From Opitutaceae bacterium (lineage in GTDB: Bacteria > Verrucomicrobiota > Verrucomicrobiia > Opitutales > Opitutaceae): 64,000 nucleotides of DNA. The notes below the pieces were generated by a model. That model searched no databases, was not told the DNA's origin, and saw nothing but the letters and a program-made list of their open reading frames with translations. Both the position numbers and the translations under genes were made by a program. The stretch covers positions 115,664 through 179,663 of the forward strand of contig JAQTYQ010000001.1 in assembly GCA_028688225.1 (NCBI GenBank), given 5' to 3'. Shown piece by piece: positions 43,426-53,095 of the stretch (the first letter of the stretch is position 1; the number at the start of each line of letters is the position of its first letter).

Positions 43426-44103
43426 TCAAGCACCGCCCGAGCCGATCGGCGATGCCGTGGGTGACCCAGCCGGGGCGTCGTGGGCGGATATCGATTCCGC
43501 TGACGGGTTCGCCGTCTTTTGCTGATCGGCCTGCCACTTTTGGAAATCGACAAGGAAACGAAGCATCATGTCCTCGACGATCTGATCGAACGCATCGGCG
43601 TAGGGGACCGGTTGCATGCCCTCCGGGGCAGACTTGAGGCCGACGGTGGAATGCAACGCATGGTTGTACTTTCCTTCGAACGCGGCACCGGCCGAAGGGC
43701 GATAGACAACCGTCATTTCGTAACGGTCGACAACATGCGAACCGACGAGGCCGAAGGTGAAACCGGTGGCAAACCCCTTCGCGAAGGCTTCACCCGCATC
43801 GCCGAGGTTTTGGATGCGGATCTCCAGCGACGCGGCCGCCGCGGGATCCTTCGCAAAGACCTTGGTGGATTCCAGCAAACGGGAGACTTTCCGGTCGGCG
43901 ATATCCTTCGCCCTCGGCACCGGCGTGCCGTCGGCGGCGAAGGAAATATTGACTTTGACTGGCACCGGATGGGCAGATGATTGCACGTCCTTGTACGTCG
44001 CGGTGCGGAACGTCGGGTCAATGTACCCCTTGGGAATGATGCATCCGCTCAGGGAGAAGACGCAGGCAATGGTGACCAGGATGGATGATAGTGTGCGGGA
44101 CAT
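43426..44103 (-). CDS. Hypothetical lipoprotein (225 aa)
   Basis: ATG at 44103. Lipobox VFSLSGC. No family recognised. Confidence 0.65.
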   Translation of the reverse strand: MSRTLSSILVTIACVFSLSGCIIPKGYIDPTFRTATYKDVQSSAHPVPVKVNISFAADGTPVPRAKDIADRKVSRLLESTKVFAKDPAAAASLEIRIQNLGDAGEAFAKGFATGFTFGLVGSHVVDRYEMTVVYRPSAGAAFEGKYNHALHSTVGLKSAPEGMQPVPYADAFDQIVEDMMLRFLVDFQKWQADQQKTANPSAESISAHDAPAGSPTASPIGSGGA

Positions 44104-44340
44104 AAACCAGAGTAATTGCGTCAACAAGCAACGGGGTGAGTGATAAATTTGCTGCTCGCGATAATTCAAAGCCATATAAGAAACGGGGCAATTCCATTAT
44201 CGAGTAGAATTCCTCTCCTTTTCATCAGCCTCCGTAATACTCCGCGGTCAGTCCGGGCGATGGCCGGATTGGCTGTCCGCTTGCCATCGGTCCGGCTCGG
44301 GCATACCTTTGGCCGATCGCAGGAGGCACCCCGGATAAGA

Positions 44341-45183
44341 ATGCAAAAATCAGTGAACGGATTCCGGCTGCTTGTGGCGCTGGTCTTGAGCCTGGGAGCA
44401 ACGCCTTTCTCAGCCGCGACGGACCAGCTGCCGGGACCGAAGGGCACCGAGGAAGCTCCGACCTCTGATCGGGACGCATCGGTCGCGAAGGCCAAGGAAA
44501 CCAATGCCGCACTGCAGGCCCAGAACGCCTTGCTCACGAGGGCTAATATCGCCCTGCAAGCCCAAAACTGGGAGGCAGTTGAAGCCACGTTGAAGCAACT
44601 GCTCGCGGAGTATCCCGCCGCCGATTGCTGGGAATTTCGTCAGAGCCTGGGCAATGCGCAAGCCCGCCTGGGACATTATGAAGACGCCCTCCAGTCTTAT
44701 GAAAAGGGCCTGGAATTCGCCCGGGGGCATGCCACCGCCGGCGCGGACTCGACCAAGATCAAGGCCGGCATCGGCCAGATGCTGACCGCGGAGGGCAACG
44801 TTTACCTGAAGTTGCTCAAGACGGACGAGGCGATCGCCCGCTACACGGCCGCGGCCGACATCGACCCGAACCCGGCTATAGCCTATTTCAACCTTTGCGC
44901 CACGCTCTACAATGCCGGCAACACGGCTGGCGCCGCGGCGGCGGCGGACAAGGCCATCGCCGCGGACCCCGCGAAGGCGGATGCCTACTTCATCAAGGGC
45001 TCAGCCCTGTATGCCGACGGCAAGATGGAAGGAAACAAATACATCGTACCCCCGGCGTCGATCGCGGCCCTGAAAAAATATCTGGAACTGGCATCAGCGG
45101 GGCCGCATGCGGACGACGTCAAAGCCATGCTGGATGCCGCGGAGCAAATGTCCACCGCCAGCGACCACGCCGCGAAGAAATAA
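44341..45183 (+). CDS. Secreted TPR-repeat protein
   Basis: ATG at 44341 with a signal peptide (MQKSVNGFRLLVALVLSLGA). Repeated A-x-x-x-Y/A-x-A TPR-like helices follow (YEDALQSYEKGLEF, EAIARYTAAADIDPNPAIAYFNL). Confidence 0.8.
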   Translation: MQKSVNGFRLLVALVLSLGATPFSAATDQLPGPKGTEEAPTSDRDASVAKAKETNAALQAQNALLTRANIALQAQNWEAVEATLKQLLAEYPAADCWEFRQSLGNAQARLGHYEDALQSYEKGLEFARGHATAGADSTKIKAGIGQMLTAEGNVYLKLLKTDEAIARYTAAADIDPNPAIAYFNLCATLYNAGNTAGAAAAADKAIAADPAKADAYFIKGSALYADGKMEGNKYIVPPASIAALKKYLELASAGPHADDVKAMLDAAEQMSTASDHAAKK

Positions 45184-45362
45184 AGCGAGGGCTGGGATGC
45201 GCCGGCTTGGAACGTGCACAGGAAAGCCAGGCCGGCGCCCCATCGCGATTCCTTTCCTTCTTCGCCCCTGGCACGGTGGAATAGGCGGAAGGAGAACTTC
45301 ACGCAAGTCCGGCTGCTTAATTTGCTGTTCTTCCGGCGGGCTTTGCTCCAGAGAGTGCCGTT

Positions 45363-45671
45363 TTGCCCATGCTGACACCGGTCGACGTCCAGATCATCGG
45401 CTCCGAGGTCGCCCTCCGCTGGAGCGACGGCCGGGAGACCTATTTTCCGAGCGGCCGGCTGCGCGCCGCCTCGCCCAGCGCGGAAACGCAGGGCGAGCGC
45501 GACATCCTCGGCCAGCGGCATGGCGGGCATGAGCGGCGCGATTTTCCCGGCGTAACCGTCACCGGATGGGAGCGCGTCGGCAACTACGCCCTGCGCTTCG
45601 ATTTCAGCGACGGCCACCGCACCGGCCTCTATTCCTATGAGTACCTGTTGCAACTCGCGGATCAGATGTAG
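45363..45671 (+). CDS. DUF971-family protein (gamma-butyrobetaine-hydroxylase-like N-terminal domain)
   Basis: LRWSDGRETYFPSGRLRAASPSAE...FSDGHRTGLYSYEYL matches the DUF971 pattern. Confidence 0.8.
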   Translation: MPMLTPVDVQIIGSEVALRWSDGRETYFPSGRLRAASPSAETQGERDILGQRHGGHERRDFPGVTVTGWERVGNYALRFDFSDGHRTGLYSYEYLLQLADQM

Positions 45672-45724
45672 GAGCGTCCTGCCGGCCGCGATGGCCTGAA
45701 AAAACCCTTCGCCGGCCACTCCCC

Positions 45725-45771
<47 letters not shown>

Positions 45772-46227
45772 ATGAGCACCACTCCATTCCCCGCCCGCAC
45801 CACCATGCAGGAGGTCGAACTCGGCACCACCCTGCAGCCGAAGTTCGGCCCCGACGGCCTCATCCCCTGCATCACGCAGGACATCGGCACCGGCCAGGTG
45901 CTGATGTTCGCGTTCATGAACGCGGAGTCGCTCGCCCACACCTTGAAGACGAGGAAGGCCACCTATTGGAGCCGCTCGCGCAACAAGCTTTGGGTCAAGG
46001 GCGAGGAGTCCGGCAACGTGCAGATCGTGAAGGAGGTTTACACCGATTGCGACCAGGACGTGCTGTTGATCAAGGTCGAGCAGACCGGCGCCGCCAACGC
46101 CTCGTGCCACAACGGGTTCAAGTCGTGCTTTTACCGCCGGCTGGCGAGCCTCGACGACACTTCCTTCCGGCTGGAGTACACCGCCGAGCGGCTTTTCGAC
46201 CCGGCCACGGTGTACAAGAAGAAATAG
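45772..46227 (+). CDS. hisI: Phosphoribosyl-AMP cyclohydrolase HisI
   Basis: LIPCITQD...VLMFAFMNAESL...YWSRSRNKLWVKGEESGN...DCDQDVLLIKVEQ...CH are conserved HisI motifs. Confidence 0.92.
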   Translation: MSTTPFPARTTMQEVELGTTLQPKFGPDGLIPCITQDIGTGQVLMFAFMNAESLAHTLKTRKATYWSRSRNKLWVKGEESGNVQIVKEVYTDCDQDVLLIKVEQTGAANASCHNGFKSCFYRRLASLDDTSFRLEYTAERLFDPATVYKKK

Positions 46228-46250
46228 CTTTCCGCGTGGCGCGGAAAGCT
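46226..46250. terminator. Bidirectional terminator-like hairpin between convergent hisI and lpxA
   Basis: Perfect 11-bp stem AGCTTTCCGCG / CGCGGAAAGCT with a 3-nt loop. It overlaps both stop codons. Confidence 0.6.
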
Positions 46251-47034
46251 ACCGGCCCGGCATGATGCCGCGCTCGCTGGCGGCGGCGAACGCCAGCACG
46301 TGCCGGAATTCCTCGCTCGCCGCCTCCGGGTGCTTCTGCAGTTTTTCGAGGGCCTGGCCGCGATTGAGCCCCTCGCGGAAAAGGAGGCGGTGGATCAGCT
46401 TGACGCGCTCGATCTGGGCCGGGGTGAAGCCGCTGCGCTCGAGCCCGACCTTGTTGATCGAACGGATGACCGCGGGGATGCCGTCGGCGATGAGGTACGG
46501 GGGCACGTCCTGCACGACCTTCGCCATCGCACCGAGCATGACATAGGCGCCGATGCGGCAGAACTGGTGCACGCCGGTGCCCCAGCCGATGTTCACATGA
46601 TCCTCGATGACGACATGACCGGCCAGCGCCGACTGGCTGCTCATCACGACATGGCTGCCGACGACGCAATCGTGCGCGATGTGGCTGTAGGCGAGGATGA
46701 CGTTGTCGTGGCCGAGCACGGTGAACTCGCCGTCCCGGGTGGCAAAATGCACGCTTACATACTCGCGAAACACGTTGCGGTCGCCGATGCGCAGGCCGGG
46801 GTCGCCGCCCTTGAATTTCAGGTCGTGCGTCTTCGTGCCGATGGCCGCGTAAGGATACACTTCGCACTGCCGGCCGAGCACGGTGTTGCCTTCGACCGTG
46901 GCATGATGGTGGATGACCGTGCCCTCGCCGATGACGGCCGTGCCGCCGACAAAGGCATAGGCGCCGACAGTGACGTCGGCGCCCAATTGCACCGAGGGTT
47001 CGATGATGGCGGTCGGATGGATTTGGGAGGCCAT
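46249..47034 (-). CDS. lpxA: Acyl-ACP--UDP-N-acetylglucosamine O-acyltransferase LpxA
   Basis: Left-handed beta-helix hexapeptide repeats from the IHPTAIIEP start. C-terminal helical domain (GLNRGQALEKL). Confidence 0.95.
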   Translation of the reverse strand: MASQIHPTAIIEPSVQLGADVTVGAYAFVGGTAVIGEGTVIHHHATVEGNTVLGRQCEVYPYAAIGTKTHDLKFKGGDPGLRIGDRNVFREYVSVHFATRDGEFTVLGHDNVILAYSHIAHDCVVGSHVVMSSQSALAGHVVIEDHVNIGWGTGVHQFCRIGAYVMLGAMAKVVQDVPPYLIADGIPAVIRSINKVGLERSGFTPAQIERVKLIHRLLFREGLNRGQALEKLQKHPEAASEEFRHVLAFAAASERGIMPGR

Positions 47035-47118
47035 GAGGCGGGCAAATGATGGTCACACCGCCGGGCGACGGAGGGCTTGCGCTGCTTTCAGGACGGCATG
47101 ACGGCGCTCAAGGATCAC

Positions 47119-48453
47119 TTATTCAAACAGCCCCTCTTCCACCACGGTGAACATCAGCTCGGCCGAGGAGACGACGAGGCCGTCGACGCTGCAGGTGACC
47201 TCGGCCGTGGCGATCTTGTTGCCGCGCATCTTGGTGAGCTTGGCGTTGATGACCAGCTGGTCACCCGGTCGCACGGCCTTGCGGAACTTCACCTTGTCCG
47301 CGCTCATGAGGAGGGCGACCTTGCCCTCGCTGGTGCCGCGCCGCAGCAGCAGGATGCCGGCAGCCTGCGCCATGGCCTCGATTTGGAGCACGCCGGGCAT
47401 GACGGGGTTGCCCGGATAATGGCCGGCGAAGTAGGGCTCGTTGATGGTGACGTTCTTGATCGCCACGAGTTCGTCCTCGCTCACGAACTCGACCACGCGG
47501 TCGATCAGGACAAACGGGTAGCGGTGCGGCAGCGTGTCGAGGAGGCGGCGGATATCGAGGGAGGTTTCGCTCGCCAGCACCTGCTTGGGGCGCGCGGCGG
47601 GTTTCTTCTTCGCGCCGCTCTTGAGCTCCTCCATGCGGGCATACAGCGCCTTGGTCAGCTCGGCGTTGATGGCGTGGCCCGGCCGCGTGGCGATGATGTG
47701 CGCCTTCAGCGGCGCGCCGAGCAGCATGATGTCGCCGATGATGTCGAGAATCTTGTGGCGGACGAACTCGTCCTTGAAGCGCAACGGGTCCTTCGAAATG
47801 ATCTTGTCGCCCTTGATGACGATGGCGTTGTCGAGGCTGCCGCCCTTGATCTTGCCCAGCTTGACCAGCTCCTCGATGTCCTCGTAGACGGTGAACGTGC
47901 GGGCGGCGGCCACCTGCGTGATGTAGGTGTCGGGATCGATGGTGAGCGAAAGGTGCTGCGTGTGGATGCCGCGGTCGTCGGCCGAGGTGCAGGAAATCTT
48001 CAGCGCGTCGGCCGGCAGTGCGATGAGGGAGGAGCTGCCGCGCGTCACGGAGACCGGCTGGTCGAGCACGAAAAACTGGCGTTCCGCATCCTGCTCGACC
48101 GGTTCGGCCTCGAGGATGAGGTTCACGAACGGCTTGGCCGAACCATCCAGGATGGGCGGCTCGCCCGCATTCATCTCCACCACCACGTTGTCGATGCCGC
48201 AGCCGTGGAGGGCGCTGAGCACATGCTCGACGGTGGCGATTTTCGCGTGCCCGGACTGGATTGTCGTGGCCCGCACGAGGTCGGTGACCTGGTCGACCCG
48301 CGGCCGGATCTCGGGCTGGCCGGCGATATCCACACGCTTGAAGACGATACCGTGGCCGGCGGGGGCGGGTTTCATCGTCAGCGTGACCGGTTCGCCTGTG
48401 TGGAGCGCGTTGCCGCTAAGCGAGACCTCACGCAGGATGGTCCTTTGCTTCAT
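47119..48453 (-). CDS. lpxC: Bifunctional UDP-3-O-acyl-GlcNAc deacetylase / 3-hydroxyacyl-ACP dehydratase (LpxC-FabZ fusion)
   Basis: The N-terminal part is LpxC ([28 protein letters not shown]). The C-terminal part is FabZ ([33 protein letters not shown]). The ATG at 48453 ([10 protein letters not shown]) is used. Confidence 0.93.
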   Translation of the reverse strand: MKQRTILREVSLSGNALHTGEPVTLTMKPAPAGHGIVFKRVDIAGQPEIRPRVDQVTDLVRATTIQSGHAKIATVEHVLSALHGCGIDNVVVEMNAGEPPILDGSAKPFVNLILEAEPVEQDAERQFFVLDQPVSVTRGSSSLIALPADALKISCTSADDRGIHTQHLSLTIDPDTYITQVAAARTFTVYEDIEELVKLGKIKGGSLDNAIVIKGDKIISKDPLRFKDEFVRHKILDIIGDIMLLGAPLKAHIIATRPGHAINAELTKALYARMEELKSGAKKKPAARPKQVLASETSLDIRRLLDTLPHRYPFVLIDRVVEFVSEDELVAIKNVTINEPYFAGHYPGNPVMPGVLQIEAMAQAAGILLLRRGTSEGKVALLMSADKVKFRKAVRPGDQLVINAKLTKMRGNKIATAEVTCSVDGLVVSSAELMFTVVEEGLFE

Positions 48454-48657
48454 GGGTTTGGCGCAGTGTCCGAAGGCGGGGCAAAAGGGCAAGCCCGGAG
48501 ATGCGCACCAGCCGTCCGGAGACGCCTTGCCGCGACGCGGACAGACCGGACGCCGGGGAGTGCGCAATAAATCATCGAGCGCCCGGCTTGACAGTGTCCG
48601 ATGCGACTTCTTACTCCCTCACCTCTTCACGATCGCAACCCTCTTCCGCAACCTCCC

Positions 48658-49215
48658 ATGCCGTCCGCCAACGACCTTCGTAAAGGTCAGGTAATCAAGT
48701 TCAACAACGAGCCGCACCTCGTGATGGAAACCCAGCATCGCACGCCGGGCAACCTCCGCGCCTTTGTCCAGGCCAAGCTCCGCAACCTCAAGAACGGCCG
48801 CTCGCTCGACCAGCGTTTCAACTCCACCGAGACCATGGACGTGCTCACCACCGACCGCCGCACGCTCGAATTCAGCTACGCCAACCGTGACAACTTTGCG
48901 TTTATCGACCCCAACAACTACGAGACTGTCGAGCTGAGCATCGCCATGATCGGCGACGCCAAGAATTATCTCGTGGCCAACGGCAAGGTCGAGGTGCTCT
49001 TTGTCGATGATCATCCGGTCACCGTCGACCTCCCGTCCGCGGTCACCCTCAAGGTCACGGACGCCCCCGAGGGCATCCGGGGCGACACCGCCAGCAACGT
49101 CCAGAAGACCGTAACCTGCGAAACCGGCCTGGTGGTCTCGGTGCCGTTGTTCATCAAAAACGGCGACGTCATCCGCGTGAGCACCGCCGATGGCGGCTAC
49201 CTCGGACGCGCCTGA
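48658..49215 (+). CDS. efp: Translation elongation factor P
   Basis: MPSANDLRKGQVIKFNNEPHLVMETQHRTPGNLRAFVQAKLRNL is an EF-P KOW-like domain I. OB domains follow. Confidence 0.95.
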   Translation: MPSANDLRKGQVIKFNNEPHLVMETQHRTPGNLRAFVQAKLRNLKNGRSLDQRFNSTETMDVLTTDRRTLEFSYANRDNFAFIDPNNYETVELSIAMIGDAKNYLVANGKVEVLFVDDHPVTVDLPSAVTLKVTDAPEGIRGDTASNVQKTVTCETGLVVSVPLFIKNGDVIRVSTADGGYLGRA

Positions 49216-49219
49216 TCCG

Positions 49220-49240
49220 AAGCCGGAATGATGCCGGCTT
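49220..49240 (+). terminator. Hairpin downstream of efp
   Basis: AAGCCGG-AATGATG-CCGGCTT (7-bp stem) followed by TCTCCC. It begins 5 nt after the efp stop. Confidence 0.4.
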
Positions 49241-49308
49241 TCTCCCTGTCACCCCCTGCGGGAATGGCCGGTCGTCCGGGGAAGTTCGTTCCGGCCGCTT
49301 CCACCCGT

Positions 49309-51111
49309 TCACGAAGCAGACCGTGGTTTGAGCCAGTGGCCGAGACAGGCCCGGAGCTCGTCATGCTTCACCGGCTTGGTGAGAAAATCATTCATCCCGG
49401 CCCGGGCGCACGCCGCCCGGTCCTCCGCCATGGCATTGGCGGTCAACGCGATGATCGGCAGGGACCGGCCCTCCAGCCGGCGGCGGATGCGGCGCGTGGT
49501 TTCCCATCCGTCGATGCCGGGCATGCGCAGGTCCATCAACACGGCATCCCACGGCTCCCGCACCGCCCGGTCCACGGCTTCCTCGCCGTTGTCCACCAAG
49601 ACCGTCTCCAGCCCCAGCCGCTCCAACAACATCCGGACCACCCGTTGATTCACCAGGTCGTCCTCGACCACGAGCACGCGTCCGTGCAACGGCGGCGATG
49701 ACCCGGCTTTCGCCGATTGCTGCCAGGGCTCCAGGCTCGCGACCCCCAACGGCAGCGGCAGTTCGAACGCGAACTCCGAGCCCTGACCCACCGTGCTGCG
49801 GACCCTGATTTCGCCTCCCATGTGCCGCACCAGATGCTGCGAAATGGCCAGACCGAGGCCGGACCCGCCATAGCGACGCGTGGTCGAGCTGTCGCCCTGG
49901 CTGAATTTCATAAAAAGCTTCGCCTGCGTGGCCGCATCCATCCCGCACCCGGTGTCGCATACGCTGAAACGCAGCACGGCCGACCGGGCGTCGCGTCTCA
50001 TGGTTTCCACCCCCAGGTCCACCGAACCCTGTGCCGTGAATTTGATCGCGTTGCCCAGCAGGTTGGCCAGCACCTGCTTCAGGCGCAGCGGATCGCCCTT
50101 CACCGTCGGCGGCAGGGCCGGATCCAGGTGGGTGCGGCAGGCCAGGCGCTTCTCCCGCGCCTGCGACGCCAGCGACTCCACCACCTCGTCCGCCACCTGT
50201 CCGGGCGAGAAATCAATGGTCTCGAATTCCAGTCGGCCGCTTTCAATTCTCGACAGGTCGAGGATGTCATTGAGCAGGCGCAGCAACATGCGGGCCGACG
50301 TCGCCGCGATGTCCGCCTGTTCCTGCTGCTCCGGCGTCAGGGGCGACTCCTTCAACAGCTGGAGCATGCCGATGACACCGTTCAGGGGGGTGCGGATCTC
50401 GTGGCTCATGGTCGCGAGGAATTCGCTCTTGGCCAGGTTGGCGGCCTCGGCCCGCTGCTTGGCCAGACTAAGGTTGGCGACCAGCTCCTCGTTCTCGAAG
50501 ATTGCCTGATACAGCTTGCGCAGATCGTCATGATGCAGCCGGGCGGTATTGAGCAAAAACAGCACATAGGTGACCGTGATGAGCACCAGCGTCCAGCTGC
50601 CCGTTTCCTGGTACAGCAGGAAACGTCCGGCCACCGGCGTCAGGGTGATGAAGAGATAGATCAGGTAGTACGGAAGCACCGGCGCGAGCGAGCGGGCGGC
50701 CCCGGCGTTCATGCCGACGATGATGAACACCACCAGACAGCGCGGCAGCAACGCGGCGGTGTCGAGAAAGAGCCACGCCCCCACCCCCCAGATGCAGCCC
50801 GCCACGATCACGCCCAGGCCGAAGGCGACGCGCCAGGGCGCCAGCTCGGCATCCTCCCGCCGGCGGCTGCCAAAGGCCAGGTTCAGCACGAGCCGGGCCA
50901 GCGAGAAAAACAAGATGGCGGCGAGCCAGGCCAAATGGGTCGACCGGGGGAAATAAGTCCACAAGCCAGCCACCAGCACGGCCGCCAGCACGAAGTTGGA
51001 AAACAGCCCGAAGCCCGCCGAACGGTAGAGCAGGCGCGTCAATTCCGCCTCGGCCTTGGCCGCGATCACCTCAGAAACCACGGCGGGCGGTTGTGGGGGC
51101 AACGATTGCAT
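49309..51111 (-). CDS. Hybrid sensor histidine kinase / response regulator with a polytopic membrane sensor domain
   Basis: About 6 N-terminal transmembrane helices. H-box [15 protein letters not shown]. HATPase G-boxes ([16 protein letters not shown]). C-terminal receiver (VLVVEDD...[14 protein letters not shown]...ALTANA...KP). Confidence 0.9.
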   Translation of the reverse strand: MQSLPPQPPAVVSEVIAAKAEAELTRLLYRSAGFGLFSNFVLAAVLVAGLWTYFPRSTHLAWLAAILFFSLARLVLNLAFGSRRREDAELAPWRVAFGLGVIVAGCIWGVGAWLFLDTAALLPRCLVVFIIVGMNAGAARSLAPVLPYYLIYLFITLTPVAGRFLLYQETGSWTLVLITVTYVLFLLNTARLHHDDLRKLYQAIFENEELVANLSLAKQRAEAANLAKSEFLATMSHEIRTPLNGVIGMLQLLKESPLTPEQQEQADIAATSARMLLRLLNDILDLSRIESGRLEFETIDFSPGQVADEVVESLASQAREKRLACRTHLDPALPPTVKGDPLRLKQVLANLLGNAIKFTAQGSVDLGVETMRRDARSAVLRFSVCDTGCGMDAATQAKLFMKFSQGDSSTTRRYGGSGLGLAISQHLVRHMGGEIRVRSTVGQGSEFAFELPLPLGVASLEPWQQSAKAGSSPPLHGRVLVVEDDLVNQRVVRMLLERLGLETVLVDNGEEAVDRAVREPWDAVLMDLRMPGIDGWETTRRIRRRLEGRSLPIIALTANAMAEDRAACARAGMNDFLTKPVKHDELRACLGHWLKPRSAS

Positions 51112-51405
51112 GACTGCCGTGGGCGTGTCTCAAATTGAAGGAATAACTGAGCAGATTCTTGATCATGGATCAAGTCGGGGGGGGCCGTCAAAGAACCGGC
51201 GATGTTTCCGCTCCCAAAACCCCCGTTTCGTCTAAACATTGAAGGAAAACCTGGGGGAGTTCCCCCGGTTGGACCCGGCGAGCACATCCGCATTCTCCTC
51301 TTGAGACTGCGGAAGCCCGGGATCAACTTCCGGTGTGGGGCGCCGCTTATGCTCCAGCACGGGATGGAGCCCTCGTCCGCCGCCCCCCCCCAACCAATCC
51401 CCGCC

Positions 51406-51642
51406 ATGGATCAGCCCAAAATCGCCCAAAAATCTCCGATCGTGAAGGACATGGCCGCCGGAACCTGCTATTGGTGCGCCTGCGGCCATTCGCAGAACCA
51501 GCCGTTCTGCGACGGCTCGCACAAAGGCACCGGCTTCGCGCCGACGAAGGTCGCTCTCGCGGCGGCCAAGAAAGTGGCCTGGTGTGCCTGCAAGCATTCG
51601 AAAAACGCTCCCTTCTGCGACGGCTCCCACCGGACACTCTAG
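51406..51642 (+). CDS. CDGSH-type iron-sulfur domain protein (two CDGSH motifs)
   Basis: CACGHSQNQPFCDGSH and CACKHSKNAPFCDGSH. ATG at 51406. Confidence 0.85.
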   Translation: MDQPKIAQKSPIVKDMAAGTCYWCACGHSQNQPFCDGSHKGTGFAPTKVALAAAKKVAWCACKHSKNAPFCDGSHRTL

Positions 51643-51671
51643 GAACCTGTCGGGCTTTGCCCGCAGGTTCC
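51642..51671 (+). terminator. Hairpin at the stop codon of the CDGSH gene
   Basis: GGAACCTG(T)CGGGC-TTT-GCCCGCAGGTTCC is a 13-bp stem with one bulge, followed by TTGTC. A second hairpin AAAATGGC-TGC-GCCATTTT follows at 51677-51695. Confidence 0.55.
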
Positions 51672-52282
51672 TTGTCAAAATGGCTGCGCCATTTTGGGCT
51701 GGATAAGGTCTGGGGCGTCTTCTCTCCCGCGGTGGGCGGCGGAGCGGTCGATTTCTGTTTTTCCGGGCCGGTTTTCCGAGCCGACACCGCGGCGGGGCGG
51801 GTTTTCAGGCCGGCGGGAGCTTGGGGCCCCGGTGGTGGAGGGCAGCGCCGGGTTCGGAAAACGCATCCGAATCGACCAAACCGGAGCCTTTGAGTCAGCG
51901 CCGGGCAAACACCAACGAAATCCCGACGCTTACCAGTCCGCTCCATAATGGCGGGAGCCATTTTGGTTGAGGAAGGGCGTGACCGCCGGGCACACCGAGC
52001 AGTACAGACGGCCCAGCGGTCCGTCCCTGCCCGTCAGGTTATTTTGCGAGCATCAATAGATGACTGCGGATAACTTCGCCGGGCGACGTTTAGGGTTTGA
52101 AACCCGGCCGGGAGGATGATTATCATGCCTGCAGCAAGAAACCACCCCAACCCCATTAGGACTGTCTGGCAGAAGTCGTGGCCCTGAGCCTCGCATATGC
52201 CGCTTGGAGGGTTTCAGTCCTTCCAAAGCGTGTGTTGATTCTGCCTCGGCGACCCTGCAGCCGGCCAGCCAGGAGGTGTCCC

Positions 52283-53047
52283 ATGACACAGCACCATTAT
52301 CTCGAATATGGATTGACGATTCTGGAGACCCGCCTCAAGGGCCCGCAACCGTCGCGCCGGTCCGACCACGGAGTCGAGGCCCGTCCCTTCATCACCATCT
52401 CCCGCGAAACCGGCGCCGGCGCCACCACGCTGGGACAATTGCTCCTGCCCCTGCTCGACGCACGGCTCGGGGCCGAGGACCAGCGCTGGGTGCTCCTTGA
52501 CAAAAATCTCCTCACCCACGCCCTCACCGTGCACCACCTTCCGGAGCGGCTGGCGGAGTTCCTCCCCGAAGACCGGATTCCCGAACTCCGGGCCGTGATC
52601 GGCGAACTGATCGGCCTGCATCCGCCGCTCTGGCAGATCGAGCAGAAGGTGACGGAGACCATCCGGCAGCTGGCCGGGATCGGCCGCGTGATCTTTGTCG
52701 GCCGGGCGGCCCAGCTCATCACGCAGGCGCTGCCCGGCGGATTTCACCTGCGGCTCGTCGCCGCACGAGAATCGCGCATCAGCCGGATGATGGCATTGCT
52801 CAACTGCGATGCCCGGTCCGCCGAGATGCACATCCAGAAGAACGACCATGCCCGCCGCCGTTTTCTGAAGACGTACTTTGACCAGGAAATCAACGATCCG
52901 CATCTCTACGATCTCGTCATCAACACCGACCGGGTGGCCCCCGCCTCCGCGGCGCAGCTGGTGGTGCAGGCCCTCGGCGACAAGCTCGCCAAACTCCCGA
53001 TGGGAGCATCGGCCGCGCCCTGGCCAAGCTGGAAGCAAACCGCCTGA
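52283..53047 (+). CDS. Cytidylate-kinase-like family (AAA/P-loop-like) protein
   Basis: ATG at 52283 preceded by AGGAGG (52271-52276). FITISRETGAGATTLGQ and ...YDLVINTD resemble the Cytidylate_kin2 family. Confidence 0.7.
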   Translation: MTQHHYLEYGLTILETRLKGPQPSRRSDHGVEARPFITISRETGAGATTLGQLLLPLLDARLGAEDQRWVLLDKNLLTHALTVHHLPERLAEFLPEDRIPELRAVIGELIGLHPPLWQIEQKVTETIRQLAGIGRVIFVGRAAQLITQALPGGFHLRLVAARESRISRMMALLNCDARSAEMHIQKNDHARRRFLKTYFDQEINDPHLYDLVINTDRVAPASAAQLVVQALGDKLAKLPMGASAAPWPSWKQTA

Positions 53048-53095
53048 ACCTGACGGAAGGGGCGCCGGCCGTTCCGTCATCATTGGAATCCAGGG

